A stretch of 64,000 bases of DNA from Phoronis australis. Lineage: Eukaryota > Animalia > Phoronida. The translations under genes were made by a program, and so were the position numbers. This document shows, in pieces, positions 1 to 11,349 of this stretch (the first letter of the stretch is position 1; each line of letters opens with the position of its first letter). The notes beneath the pieces were generated by a model. It made no database searches. It was not told the origin of the DNA and saw nothing but the letters and a program-made list of their open reading frames with translations. Location: NCBI GenBank assembly GCA_002633005.1, contig NMRA01000404.1, positions 1-64,000 of the forward strand, written 5' to 3'.

Positions 1-151
1 GGGGGGGGCAAGGGGGCCTGGCCCATGGCCCCCCTAAAACTCCCATATTTCATTTGGCAGTTTGAGGGTTCAAATATCTTACGGATAAAATCCTGCGTAA
101 TACTCTACCCTGCCCCCCCCCTCCTATCTAAAAATCCTAGATCTGCCCCTG
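1..151 (-). mobile_element. Short MITE-like repeat (CAGGGGC(G/A)GATC terminus), cut by the window edge
   Basis: The reverse complement begins CAGGGGCAGATCTAGGATTTT and aligns by eye with 16337-16500 and 28916-29087 (shared GGATC(C/T)AGGATTTT, AACTGCCAA, TTTTAGGG and GGCCATGG blocks). Confidence 0.6.
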
Positions 152-1626
152 AATACTACTACATGGGCAACACATAATTGCCTGACAGTGACAGGGGGCT
201 GGGGGAGGCTATAGCTCCCCCACTTTTTTCAGTGCTGGGTGCCACCCATGTACTATTAGATCGTATCATGGCAAAAAACATCAGAAAATAGACAAAAGAC
301 CATTTGGGAAAACAAATCACTCTTAACATAAAGGATTTCATCATTTACGCAACAAAAACTTTGCAACAACTTTATTTCGAACGGTGAAGTTGCGATGCCA
401 TTAAACTTCAACGTAGCCGATGGTGGCGCTGACATGCGGCGACTTGGTGAACTAACGACTGCTGTTTGAAAAGTGCCAATGCGCAGCAGTTTGACAGAAT
501 TTCTGAAATTTAAATAATTACCAATTAAAAGAGTGATAAATTCCTCATCTAAAAATCGGGGGGGCATATTGCGCAACTGGAAAAACATCAATCTCCCGAC
601 CGACCAAAATTAGGTCTTCCGGACGATCGAACACTCGCCATGAAAACTTGGCCTTGACTTCAAGAAAACAACTTGAGGAGATGCGCACGCATCTAAACTA
701 CATCCTGTCCAAATTTCATGTTTGTATTTGAGAGTATAGTGCTCTTTTGGATAGGAGGAACAAGATGTACTTTTTCGAAAGTTGATCGCATGGCGGAAAA
801 TCGTGCGCTAAAAAAAGCTTACAAAAAATGATTTATCAGCGCTAATTTGATACAAAAAGATTACAAACTTACAAATAAAGACTAAGGTAACGATTTATAA
901 CACAAAATTGTCTTATAGTTAACTTTGAAGTCTGAAATCGGGTAATTTACCGACGTGGGTTTTACACGGAGGCAGATATGGAGCACCGTGACCTACTTTT
1001 TGATTGTCCTCCCTTACTACTAGTGTTCTATTTAGTGTAGGCCTATTGGGGACGGTCAGAAGTTGAGGACGCCTGAACCGATCTCTGAAGTGATGTCTAC
1101 TGTGTATATATTTTTTAACTTGTTATTAGTTGTTTTCGTCGTTGTTGATAGCCTTTACTCCGGTGGTCACTTGAACCAAGTGAGATGAAGCACAATAGGG
1201 CGGTACATCACAGACGGTCTGTGACGTAGGCAATGACTATTGCCTCTACTGGGCCAGTCAACTAGCTGGGCCAGCAGAGGCGATGCATGCAGGGTCATGC
1301 GTATCTGTGACCATGCTCAACAATCATTAATTGTTCTAAGCTAGCTACTTTCGAGCCCGTAGTTCGGAGTCACTTCGCGGATAAGTCACTTACGAATGGG
1401 ATTTTAGTTTTTCGTGCTGTTGCTGAGGAGAAAACAGATCTTACAAAAGGCGTGTTAACTTGAAGGTTTTGACAAACTCAGTTCGGAACATTTTGAGACT
1501 AGACATTGACCACCGTCTCTACTATTAGTTAGCCTTAGAGACGGTGAAGCTCTAATAATTATAGGCTTCATACTGTGGAACCTTTTCGGCGAATTATGCC
1601 CCACACTGATTAAAGTCACGCTGTAA

Positions 1627-1836
1627 GAACTTTTTGTGCACAGAGATACACCTAAGGAGGCCGTCAATGTTTTTAGTTCCTTCCAACTAAAAAAAATATT
1701 TTTCGAGCTATCTCCTGGCACGCTCACGAAGGACTGTTGAAAAAAAGTTTAATTACGGGAGCATTTGTCCAAGTTGGAAGGAATTAACGACATCAACGGC
1801 CTCCTAAGATCTCCCTCTACTAGGTACAAAAGGTTC
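1627..1836. repeat. Imperfect inverted repeat (~60-bp arms, ~80-bp spacer), probably a decayed MITE
   Basis: AGGAGGCCGTCAATGTTTTTAGTTCCTTCCAACT is the near reverse complement of AGTTGGAAGGAATTAACGACATCAACGGCCTCCT. Confidence 0.55.
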
Positions 1837-2485
1837 TGTGGGAAAACTTGGAATTTCACTTAATCTCAAGATTCCGTACACGTGAATGTGGAATACACAA
1901 GAAAACTTGATAACTTCATTCAAATAATAATGTTCACGTCGCTAAAAATTTGCAGTGCACTAAATCAAATTACATTATAATCAAATAACATAAATTGTAA
2001 CCAACTTTTTTCAACTATTGGCAATCTTATTCACCAAATAATAATTAATTTAACCATTCAAATATCCTACGATTCTTTGACACAAGTTACGATAAAGGAG
2101 AAAATGGGTGGTCATGAAACCAATAATTACAAAAAAAAATCCTTACACTGAACAAAAATTTCATCTGATTGCCCAAATGAATATTCAATTCCAAGTTCAA
2201 TCTTGAGATTAAGCTGAGGATTCCAAGTTCATGCACTGCAAAGGCACTTATAACTGGGTGACTTTGATGTTTTAATCTGTGTAATGCATAACGCACTGCC
2301 AGAAAAGCTTTCACCATAGTCTGACCAAGAGTGATGGGTTATCTATGATAATCACTGAGAGACAACTAAAGTCAACCCCATTTTTGATTTGGCTGTCATG
2401 AGCATCCATGATTGTGCAATTGTATACTAGTGGATGCAATTACATTGAATTCAACACTGATCCGTTTTGTATAATCCTTGTACAG

Positions 2486-2689
2486 GCCTGCAATGTTTTG
2501 AATGTGAAAATGTTGAACTAGACACGGACAGCAGCATTGTGAAGAGCTTCATCGGGTCAGTGAAGACCAACAAGGCTTGTGCTTCGACCACATTTGATGC
2601 ACTAGACAGCAAAGTGAACGTACAGACGTGTTCTAGTGGTCAAGTGTGCGGATTTGTCAAGGGAGAAGTCACGTTTGATGGTTTTGGTG
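2486..2689 (+). CDS. Internal coding exon of a Ly6/uPAR (LU, three-finger)-like secreted or GPI-anchored protein
   Basis: Acceptor TCCTTGTACAG|G and donor G|GTGAGT bound a 204-nt phase 1-1 open exon: (G)LQCFECENVELDTDSSIVKSFIGSVKTNKACASTTFDALDSKVNVQTCSSGQVCGFVKGEVTFDGFG. An LxCxxC start directly after a phase-1 intron, followed by three more Cys, is the usual LU-domain exon layout. The signal-peptide and CCxxxxCN exons were not found. Confidence 0.75.
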
Positions 2690-4673
2690 GTGAGTTGGAA
2701 AAGTATTGGCATTTGGCCAAATTAGAAGCAGGAAGTTGAAAACAAAAACGGCACCAGAGCGCAGCATAAAATGATGTTTTGAGATTTGGCAAATATCATC
2801 CTCCAGTACAATGATCTGAATACATTACAGAATACCCTAGCAGAATGCTCTCTTCATGTCAAAAATATCATCCTTTGGTACAGTAGTCTGAATAGAACAG
2901 AGTACCGTAACAGAATGCTCTCCTCATATCAAAGTGCCTGACACAGGATCTATCAAGTAACAACTATCTACAAAAACTCCAGCCTGTATACTCCAACTTT
3001 TTTTTTGAGTGACCTCTCAGTCCATGTTGAGATTACAGTTAACGCAGCATTTTGAGAAACAAAAATAAAATTGGACATTTTAAATCTACTGTCACAGGGC
3101 TCGACGCTATTAAAATCGCTAGGTCGCATTTTGCGACCTAGCCAAAATCCCAGGTCGCATTTTCAAAATCCAGCTCGCATTCGTAAATGCCAGGTCGCAA
3201 AATTTTCCCGCCATTTTTACGCGCCAAAATAGATTTTATAGATCATCGAGAAAATATTTAGATTATGCTCTTACCTGCAGCGTTAAATACTCACAAATTT
3301 CGGATCTCAAAATTGATTTCATTCATGTAGGTACGGCCTTACTGTTCTTCATGACCGCCATTGAAAGACTCTAAAGCACAAGACAAGTTGCCGACGTGAA
3401 AGTTGAATCAGTGCTCTCTAAATGAATTGTGCATTCGAGTAGCTAAATTTGCGATGTGAAAAGGGAGAAAATGCCCGTTGAAAAAATATTCGGGATTTTG
3501 TTAGATCTGGCCTGCTACTGGCTGTCATCAAAGTCGTTAACAATTCAAACTAACTCCGGTAATGGCGAGTTTTCTCCTCAATACCTTCCAAATACGGGAA
3601 AAATAGGTCAGTCACAAAACGACACGCATGTCACTAGTGTTAATAACTTTCTTTCCGAGGTATAAGACAAAGCCGGGGTTTCGTTTTTACATATTGTGAA
3701 AAGACGTTTTTGAAAACTGAAGTTGTGTAAAATGAAATTGACGCGCCATATAAGCTGCGTGTCAATTTTAAACCACACGCAGTCGTTTGTAGTGCGCTAT
3801 GATGGGCGCTAGTTTGAATTGTGGGCGCTTATTTGGAAATTCTCAAAATTTAAGGAGGGTTGGACTTTTAATAGATCAGTGAGCGCTTATTATGAAACAC
3901 CTTAAAGGTAGGGAGTGGGCTTGTGCGTGAGCATAGTCGTTAACCTCAGTGTTTGCGGTTATAAGATATTAAAACGCTGCAATGGTAAGAAACGTTATAA
4001 TAATACGATTTTGCGAGACAAACTCCACACCTAGTATAGGGGTGACTTTCTGGATATCGTTACCACCTACATTGTACCCTATTTAGCCACCCGGAATGAT
4101 TTTGTTTTAACTGCCCGCTTCAGCCGGAAAAAGGTTGTTTCTATAGGAGAACCACAATTTCGCATCTAGTGCCAGTTTAGTTGCAATAGCTGGCTACGGG
4201 CATAGAATACAGGGTTTACAGAACATGACCTCGGGAAACATCGGAACAGGATAACGTTAGTTCTGGGTTATATCGGTCCCAGGACATCGGGTCTTTTTTA
4301 ACCGCTGGGAAACTGAGTTCATTTTCAAATAAACCAGAGCCAAGCCGGTATACTCTTACATTTAGGACTGTCGCTGTTCTTTGAAGTGGTGCGCACGCGC
4401 GAGTTCACGCACTTGAATTGTTGGAGTAGGCCTACACTTTACGTAGGCAACAACGTGTGAAAGACAATCATATTTCGTGCACGTAGCCCCAGAAACAAGT
4501 AAAGGGTTTGAGAATTTCTTGGCAACTGAAAGTAAAGACGTGACCGTCGTTTGGCGATTAATAAAGTTGTCATTTTCACTTTGGCTGTCTTAATACAATA
4601 AAAGGAGAAGCACATCTCAGTCTAAGTCACGATTGTCTGCCGGGACCGCTTGCGCGCTAATGGTGCCGCAGTG

Positions 4674-4713
4674 NNNNNNNNNNNNNNNNNNNNNNNNNNN
4701 NNNNNNNNNNNNN
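4674..4713. other. Assembly gap (40 N)
   Basis: Run of N. The sister copy has roughly 290 bp (about 24126-24414) at this position, so the true gap is probably longer than 40 bp. Confidence 0.95.
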
Positions 4714-4838
4714 CGCTAAGAAGCAAGACTTCGCGAGATTACGTGAGATATTGCCGTGTATTTTAAATGAGAACATGTGACTTTGACTAAGATTTTGCAA
4801 GGTCCTAGCGTAGGTCCTAGCGTCTACTGAACGCACGC
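4714..4838 (+). mobile_element. Part of a ~150-bp Harbinger-like MITE nested in hAT-like copy 1
   Basis: Nearly identical to 60723-60847. It ends ...ACTGAACGCACGC followed by CTG. The sister hAT copy shows the empty site GGG-CTG-TTCTC near 24414. Confidence 0.75.
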
Positions 4839-5589
4839 CTGTTCTCGGTTAATGTTCTTTTGAACTTGTATTTGGCAACAACCAAATAACGGTCGGATTA
4901 ACAAGAGCTGCTTTGTATTTGCCAGGTATCTGTTGAGAAGTGTAAAAACTCAGCTCGCATTCGTTGGAAATTCCAGGTTGCATTTTGCGACTTTATACGA
5001 GCTGACAAAAATCTCAGCTCGCATTTCCAAATTTCAGGTCGCAAATGCGACCTGCAGCTCGTTATGTCGAGCCCTGTTACCGCGGCGTTGCCGACGACTT
5101 TCACCTCGAAAAGCGGAAGTTGCTCTTTATGTTTCGTAGGAACGTAAATTGTCAACATTGCCGGGGCATCTGGGATAGCGTGGTGGATTTTTCAATGGCG
5201 TCTCGTGTGATTGTAAACAGCGGTGACAAATACTACGACTCTGCAGCCAAAAATGTGTGGAGGTGGGAGAGGACGGACGAGCTAAAAAGACGCAGATGCA
5301 CGCTTCTGGCGGTGGTACCGTTTTTTTTTTCATTGTCCTCCCAATTTTTGTCGGCAAAAGGTCCACATCGACTGTTTCAAAGCTGGGAAGTGTGCATGTT
5401 TTGGGCCGTAAAAATATCCGCTTTTTTGTCATTGGTCATTCCAAGCCCTGCATTAAATAAATCGGTGTTACCTTGTGATTACTTCGATGACAACATCGTC
5501 ACCTTCTATTTACTTCGATGTCCGAAAAGTACCGAAGCCATTATCAACGGTTCAGTCCCTAAATTCCCTTCACTGTCAAAATAAGTATT

Positions 5590-6260
5590 ATGAGGCTTTT
5601 TCTCGTTTCCGCCATTTTGGCAGCTTAAGCCTAAGAAACGTATTTTGCTCCAGGAATTTGTGGAATTTTGAGTATGTGTGATTGATGGAAATGGTCATGC
5701 AGTCTTTTGGTAACGATCATATTGAAGTTTTCTAGGATTGGCGTCGCCTGAGGAACAAGAAAGATGCTCAAAAAGTTCTAGTCTTTGTCGACAGACGCTT
5801 TATGAAGAACTTTGCGGAGTCTATTGCAATCACTGGTCATGTAGATTTTGATTGGTTGGATAAACATCAGCTTGCCTATGCTCAAGTTTGCTTTGATTTG
5901 CCAACATTGGGTGGCCTTTTCATATTAGACACACATGCTTCGGAGTTTGCTGTTGGCCGGTGCTAACCTATTTCAAATTCAGGGTTGGGAAGTAAAGCTT
6001 GTAGCCTATGCTTGTTTTGCCCTTACTCCTGAACAGCACAGTACTGCACTACTCCCAAGGAGTTACTGGCAATTGTGAGGTTCACCAGGCAGTTTCGCCA
6101 TCTATTGTTAGGTCCTACTTTCAAGGTGCCAACTGATCATAGTTAAGTCTGCAATGGTTTATCAAATATCGTTCGCGAGGTCAACTTAAGTGAGGTGAAG
6201 AGCTTAAAGTATTATACAATATGAGGATAACTTATTGTCCTCGTGCAAAGCATGGCAATG
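5590..6260 (+). pseudogene. Gypsy pol: RT C-terminus and RNase H (frameshifted)
   Basis: Translated pieces are EAFSRFRHFG-LKPKK, FILDTHASEFAVG, VAYACFALTPEQ-YCTTPKELLAIVRFTRQFRHLLLGPTFKVPTDH and KHGNA. These match the Gypsy RNase H pattern DAS...YCTTxKELLA...TDH...HGNAD. Confidence 0.85.
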
Positions 6261-6796
6261 CAGAATCGTGTTCAATAGAGTGAGCGCCTGCGAGCGAGTT
6301 GAGCGCCCTCGTCCTGAACAGCTGTGTTTACGTTAGCGCTCTCGAGCGTTCGCAAACAACCTCGAGAGCATGTTCGCTTACATTTCCAAGATGGCGTCCT
6401 GCGAAAGCTTCACGTCTGCAACATATGAACCCATTATGGTTCTGCAACACGAAAACTAACCTCAAAAGTTGACCAACTCATCCGAAAGTGTGACTTAAAT
6501 TGCGGGTCGCTGTAGCGAGGAACAGTTTCCTCGAAGTAATTTTTCGATTCTTGTCGTTCCAAGGCCTTCACGGTTGTTAGTGGGCTGCCGATATTAATAT
6601 TGGCAAAGATTCATAATAGTCATTGCTCCGTACGCCATAGGAAGGACGTTAAGCTCATTGGCTAAGACATTCAACACAATCTGCTTCAGAGTCGCCTTAC
6701 TGGATCGCACAGTGAGCGCTCAGAGCTGTTCAGGAGCTGTTCCTTGTATTCGCAAGTACACACCATCGGGCACTCACTCTGTTGAACACGCTTCTG
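6261..6796. mobile_element. ~530-bp PIF/Harbinger-like MITE inserted in Gypsy pol
   Basis: Left end CAGAATCGTGTTCAATAGAGTGAGCGCC; reverse complement of the right end CAGAAGCGTGTTCAACAGAGTGAGTGCC. Removing the insert as a CWG target duplication restores H-G-N-A-D-D-L-S. Confidence 0.75.
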
Positions 6797-7140
6797 ATGA
6801 CTTATCTGGTGACAGAGCCAATTAGCTGTTCGGAATATCTACATTGAGATTATTAGATTATTTGATTTACTATTATTATTACTATTTATTATTTGATACT
6901 TCTTTCCTTTACAGCCAATGGGATAAATGTTTGTCTGAGGTTGATGATGTTCGGCTGCTTTTGGCCGACGCCATCCAGAATTGGAAAAGATTTCTCAGTG
7001 AAGTCAGTCTGCTGAGGATGATGTTGGTATTAATATTCTGTGTTAGTGGAGCCAGTCTAGATCCTACAGGATCAGAGGCTAAGTGATTGCCATCTGCCTT
7101 ATGGTGGTGGTTCTTTTATAAATAGCGATAATAGCAGGTT

Positions 7141-8030
7141 ATAGTTGTTCCCTCACAAATTCAAGCTCAGGAATTGTCATTAAATCATGAAAATTAAGAT
7201 ATTCCTTCGGCTGGGCACCAGGGCGTGGCTCCTACGACTGCTAATATGAAGAATAAATATTGTTGGCCTGGAATGTCTTCTGACATTAAGAGGTTTGTAA
7301 AAGCAGTGATGGTTGTGGGTGTTAGTAAGAAACCTAATAGGTATCCCAGGAAGCCATTAACTATTTATCATGCTTGGTTCCCATGAAACATGTTCATATG
7401 GATTTTTAGGTCCCTAAATGCCTGGTTCACCTAGAGGACCTGAGCATGTGTTGATAGTTGTAGACCAGTTCACAAAATGGGTTGAATGCATTCTAATGGA
7501 ATCCCAGTCAGCTTAGAGACTGCGGTGGCAGCAGTTCATCAAGTTTTTTGTAGATTTGATTTTACAATCAGTTGTTTATGGATCAAGGTTCTGATTTTGA
7601 AGGTGCTTTTATTGCGGAGCTTTGCAAATTCAATAAAGTTTATGAAACATTTATTATGCCTTATGGGCCTAGCGCCAACGGCTGAAGTGTTAACGTTATA
7701 ACCGTTCCCTGATGGAGACGGTAATTGTTTTGTTGAGAGGGAACAAGACAGTTGGGAATTGTTCTGCAAATTGCTAGTGCTTTCCGAGGTTCAGTAAAGT
7801 GGAATACAGTTTATACTGCAAATTAACTTATACTAGGGACGAAAAAATAATGAACCCCATCCCCCCGAGCTGGTTTACAAGGTACCTGGTGAAGTTCCAA
7901 ATTCACTAGAGGAGCCTGAGTACATGCTGGAAGTTGAAGGTGTGAGTACTAATAAAGCTCACAATTTGGATTTTGGTGTGGTTAAGACCTCACAATTGTA
8001 CTAAAAGAGAAATTATTATAGTACAACTAC
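7141..8030 (+). pseudogene. Gypsy integrase (decayed zinc-binding domain and rve core)
   Basis: IVVPSQ...H...DIPSAGHQGV...KYCWPGMSSDIKRFVK, then HVHMDF, EHVLIVVDQFTKWVECI, MDQGSDFE, PSANG and RYNRSLM across frameshifts. Confidence 0.85.
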
Positions 8031-8197
8031 ATAAGAGGGGTCCATTCCTAACTGACTATTGGAATGTGTTTATGAGGGGTTTTTCATGGTTTACTATTTT
8101 AGGCATTTTCTTGTACATAATTAAGTTTAAAGTTATCTATTATTGAGTGGAGACAACATACTTGGGACATCTATTTACCTCTTCAAGGAATTAGATC

Positions 8198-9390
8198 TTA
8201 GTTCATTACTTGGCGAAGTATGTTGCTCTTCCACTAAGTTTTTTTTTGTTCGCACGATACAGGTAGCAATTTTCGTCCGATCATGAAATTTACACATAAC
8301 ACGTACTTCCGGAAGTACTGAAAGCCTATTGTTTTTCGTCAAAATCGGATCCAAGATGGCGGCTGTGGCGGCCATTTTGTTTTCATTTAAAGGTTCAAAT
8401 GCTTCTGGAGGCCACAATTTTGTACGTAAAAGGCTAAGAATCGGCACAGTAAATGGACCGGAGGTTTGCTACAAGTATACCGGAAATTGTTTACTTCCGG
8501 TTAAGGATGGCGGAAATATCGGCGATCGCGCATGCGCACCTCGATTTTGGCCTAAAACGTTTTCTCCTGTAGAGGGCGCATTATAAGACCAATTCCTTCG
8601 AATTTTTACAGGTATTAGTTTCTTATGACATGCTATTATACAAAGCCAAAAAACGGAAGTTGCTCTCAAGATGGCGGATCTGGCGCATGTTGACCCATTT
8701 TCAGTCGTGCTGGAGTGCGATTTTAAACGGGAAGAGAAAAAGACGTGATTTTTGCATGTGGATTCTTTGAAGTATAGTCTTTCAAATGGCTTGTAACAAT
8801 TTTTTTCTCAGACTTACCGTTTTCGAGTTATTTGACTTTGAATTTCTTAAAAAAAACGCAAAATTTCATTTTTTTCGAAAAATTTACGGAATTAGGTGGT
8901 ACCATCAGTTTAAATAGAATTTTGAACGGGCTTTCAGAAGATGCTTTCCATTTTTCGCTAGGACGTCTACTTTTCGAGTTATTTGAGATTTCCTGATAAC
9001 GCTGTTCCTTTGTTGAGCGCATTTGCTGCATTGATGTTGGTTTATCTTCTATTGAACTAGGCTGTAGCCTATTTCTTATTGATTTATGACATCTAAGTTC
9101 GTCATATGAATGTTGTGATGTTGTTCATCATCGCCACCACCATTGTCATATTCGTCATCATCTTCGTCATCATCTCCGTCGTCTTTTCCGTTATTTTCGC
9201 CAAGTGTCGCACAAGACTGTAGCCTTTTTCTTACTTCTACGTTCGTCATGTGTATAAGATTCTTACTTCTTTTGTTCATCCTCGCCACCATCGTCGTCAT
9301 ATTCGTCATCTTCGTCATCATCTTTATCGTCATCTTTTTGGTTAATTTCGCCAAGGTTCGCTCCTCGGAGCGCTTTCATTATATTTGTTT
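8198..9390 (+). repeat. Interspersed repeat family A (YY1/NRF1-motif rich, probably HINE-like), copy 1
   Basis: Homologous to 10732-11349 plus 19574-20332, 20808-21842, 45610-46512 and 62912-63730. It has repeated AAGATGGCG, a (TCA/TCG)n tract and the 3' end CCTCGGAGCGCTTTCATT. Confidence 0.8.
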
Positions 9391-9799
9391 ATGTTTCATT
9401 TACGTGTTTTCAAAGATTTCAGTTGACTTGATAGACGGTCTAATATATCAGATGTTAATGGACTAAGTGACACTTAACCTATGCACTAAGTGACACTCAA
9501 CCTATTGTATTTTCATACTTGTGGCAGCTTAACTCAATCCCTGTTCAGCTGTCTGCCTCTATTGTTAAGTCTGGACTTGTATTTAAAAAACATCCTAGCC
9601 CAGGCTTCTTCCCCATTCTTTAGTTTTATATTTGGCGCAAATTCTGAATTGTCGAGTAGGTTCACCTGCTATTTACTGGTATATGTAATATCTTTATACT
9701 ATCAGGCCAGAAGCTTTTAATACATCATAAATACACATGTGTTTTTCTTTACAAACCCCCTCGGGTTTTCTCCTTGTATAATAAAACCCACAAGCATGG

Positions 9800-10160
9800 C
9801 TGTGATGAAAAAAATATAAAATGTTGCCGGCACCCTGGAAAGGGTCAGGTATCATTTTGCAAAATAAATACCAGATTATCTTTAGAAAGTGAAGACAGCT
9901 AAAACTATTTCGCTTGTGGCAATTTCGAAATTTGCCAAGTTGTCTTTTTCCAAGTCAGGAATAACAGAATTTGATAGCCTCAATTTTGCATGACTGTGGG
10001 TGGCCGATCTTAGTGCATTTTTAGACAGCCCCCTGGGGAGGTCGACCTATGATAGAATGCATGGCTTGTCGGTACTGGTATCACTTTGATTGTGCTAATT
10101 TAGATGAACAGAGACTTGCCAATATTCTCGCAAGATTATTTTTACTTAAACTGCCCCATG
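9800..10160 (+). pseudogene. Integrase C-terminal GPY/F-like segment followed by a PHD finger (decayed)
   Basis: KMLPAPWKGSGIILQ, then *CIFRQPP / GRPMIECMACRYWYHFDCANL / DYFYLNC over two frameshifts. This is a C4-H-C3 pattern with two Cys codons mutated. Confidence 0.7.
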
Positions 10161-10551
10161 TATGGGGCATGTCATCTGTTCCTGTCGAGAACAGGAAGAG
10201 TACCAGTGTTGAATTTGTGAACCTCTGGTAGGAACTGCGAGTTATTATTTAGGTAATTGTGACTTACCATTGCTTGTTCCTGTTAATTAATTAAGAACTG
10301 GGAAATTTTTTGTTCAGGACGTGCTGGATCCTGTTGGAAGTGGTGAGGTTAGTGCGGTTGTGTCACTGGTTCATGTTGGACAGGGTTTTTAGAAATTTAT
10401 TTTTGTGTAAATTTGATTTGTTTTGCAATCCTATCAGGACTGGGCTCAGAAGTTTATCACCGATTCTTATTGAAGGAGGAGATGAGTTTCTGTTTTTTAT
10501 TTATTTTCGTTAATTTCCGTTTGAGATATAGCGAGACCTTGTCCTTCAGTT

Positions 10552-10730
10552 AGGGAAGAGGATAATGTCGTGAACACTGAAACTGACACACAATTGACCT
10601 CTGACCTTCCAGATCCAGTTGGTTAAGTTTGCCTAATTGGTTGTTACGTGAACATCTCTTGGAACTAACTGGTCCAATGTTTTGGGCCAATCAGGAGTTG
10701 CTGGTGATGTTCGGGTTGTCAGCTGGGCCC
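10552..10730 (+). repeat. Polypurine tract and start of the Gypsy 3' LTR (truncated)
   Basis: AGGGAAGAGGA-TAA-TGTCGTG, with TG at 10566. No partner LTR was found in the window. Confidence 0.55.
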
Positions 10731-10731
10731 G

Positions 10732-11349
10732 CAACTGGTCACGTGTTTGTTGCTATTGATCAGCTTTTGTAAAATTTTGTTTAACTGGAAGTCGCTTTCA
10801 AGATGGCGGCTCTGGCGCATTTTCACCCATTTCCAATCGTTCTGCTGTCGCATTTTTAACGGGAAGAGCAAATTACGTGAATTTTTGCATGTGGATTCCT
10901 TGAAGTATGCTCTTTTAAAAGTTCTGCAATAACATTTTTCTCAGACTTACCGTTTTTGAGTTATTTGACTCTGAATTTCAAAAAAAAAACGCAAAATTTC
11001 ATTTTTTTCGAAAAAGTTATGGAATGTTGCGAAACTATCAATCTGGATAGAGTTTTGGATGGGCTTTCAGAAGATATTTTCTATTTTTCGCTACGACGTC
11101 TACTTTTTGAATTATTCGAGATTTTCTAATAGTGCTGTTCTTTTGTTGATGAGCTCTTGCTGCTCTGATGTTGGTTTAGCTTCTGTTGAATAAGACCATG
11201 AAGACATTGCTCATAGAGGCTGCATTTTTCGACGTGCAGGGCTGTAAATTGGTACGATTATTATAGCACACAAGCACTACAACTGCGCCGTAAATCTTTA
11301 ACTTTCGGTCTAAGATAGCGGAAATATTGGCAATGGCGCATGCGCACCT
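10732..11349 (+). repeat. Repeat family A copy 2, left part
   Basis: Homology to other family A copies stops at ATGCGCACCT (11340-11349) and resumes at 19574. Confidence 0.75.

Larger units (their letters stand above)
3095..5076 (+). mobile_element. Non-autonomous hAT-like DNA element, copy 1 (spans the assembly gap)
   Basis: TIR CAGGGCTCGAC...GTCGAGCCCTG. Both ends carry subterminal CAG(G/C)TCGCA repeats and AGGTCGCA..TGCGACCT palindromes. It is colinear with 22504-24652. No transposase ORF and no TSD are visible. Confidence 0.75.
5590..10730 (+). mobile_element. Decayed Ty3/Gypsy LTR retrotransposon (3' part of pol, PPT, start of 3' LTR), interrupted by later insertions
   Basis: Domain order is RT end, RNase H, integrase, GPY/F-like segment, PHD, polypurine tract, TG-initiated LTR. 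There are many stops and frameshifts. Confidence 0.85.

Noticed and set aside
3456-3665. Conserved-looking 69-aa ORF repeated at 22865-23071
   Set aside because: The similarity is explained by the two hAT-like copies. It has a GTG start and no domain.
9076-9466. Acidic and hydrophobic ORFs (also 20147-20338, 46357-46620, 47267-47485)
   Set aside because: They are translations of (TCA/TCG/TAT)n tracts in family A and the LINE tail.
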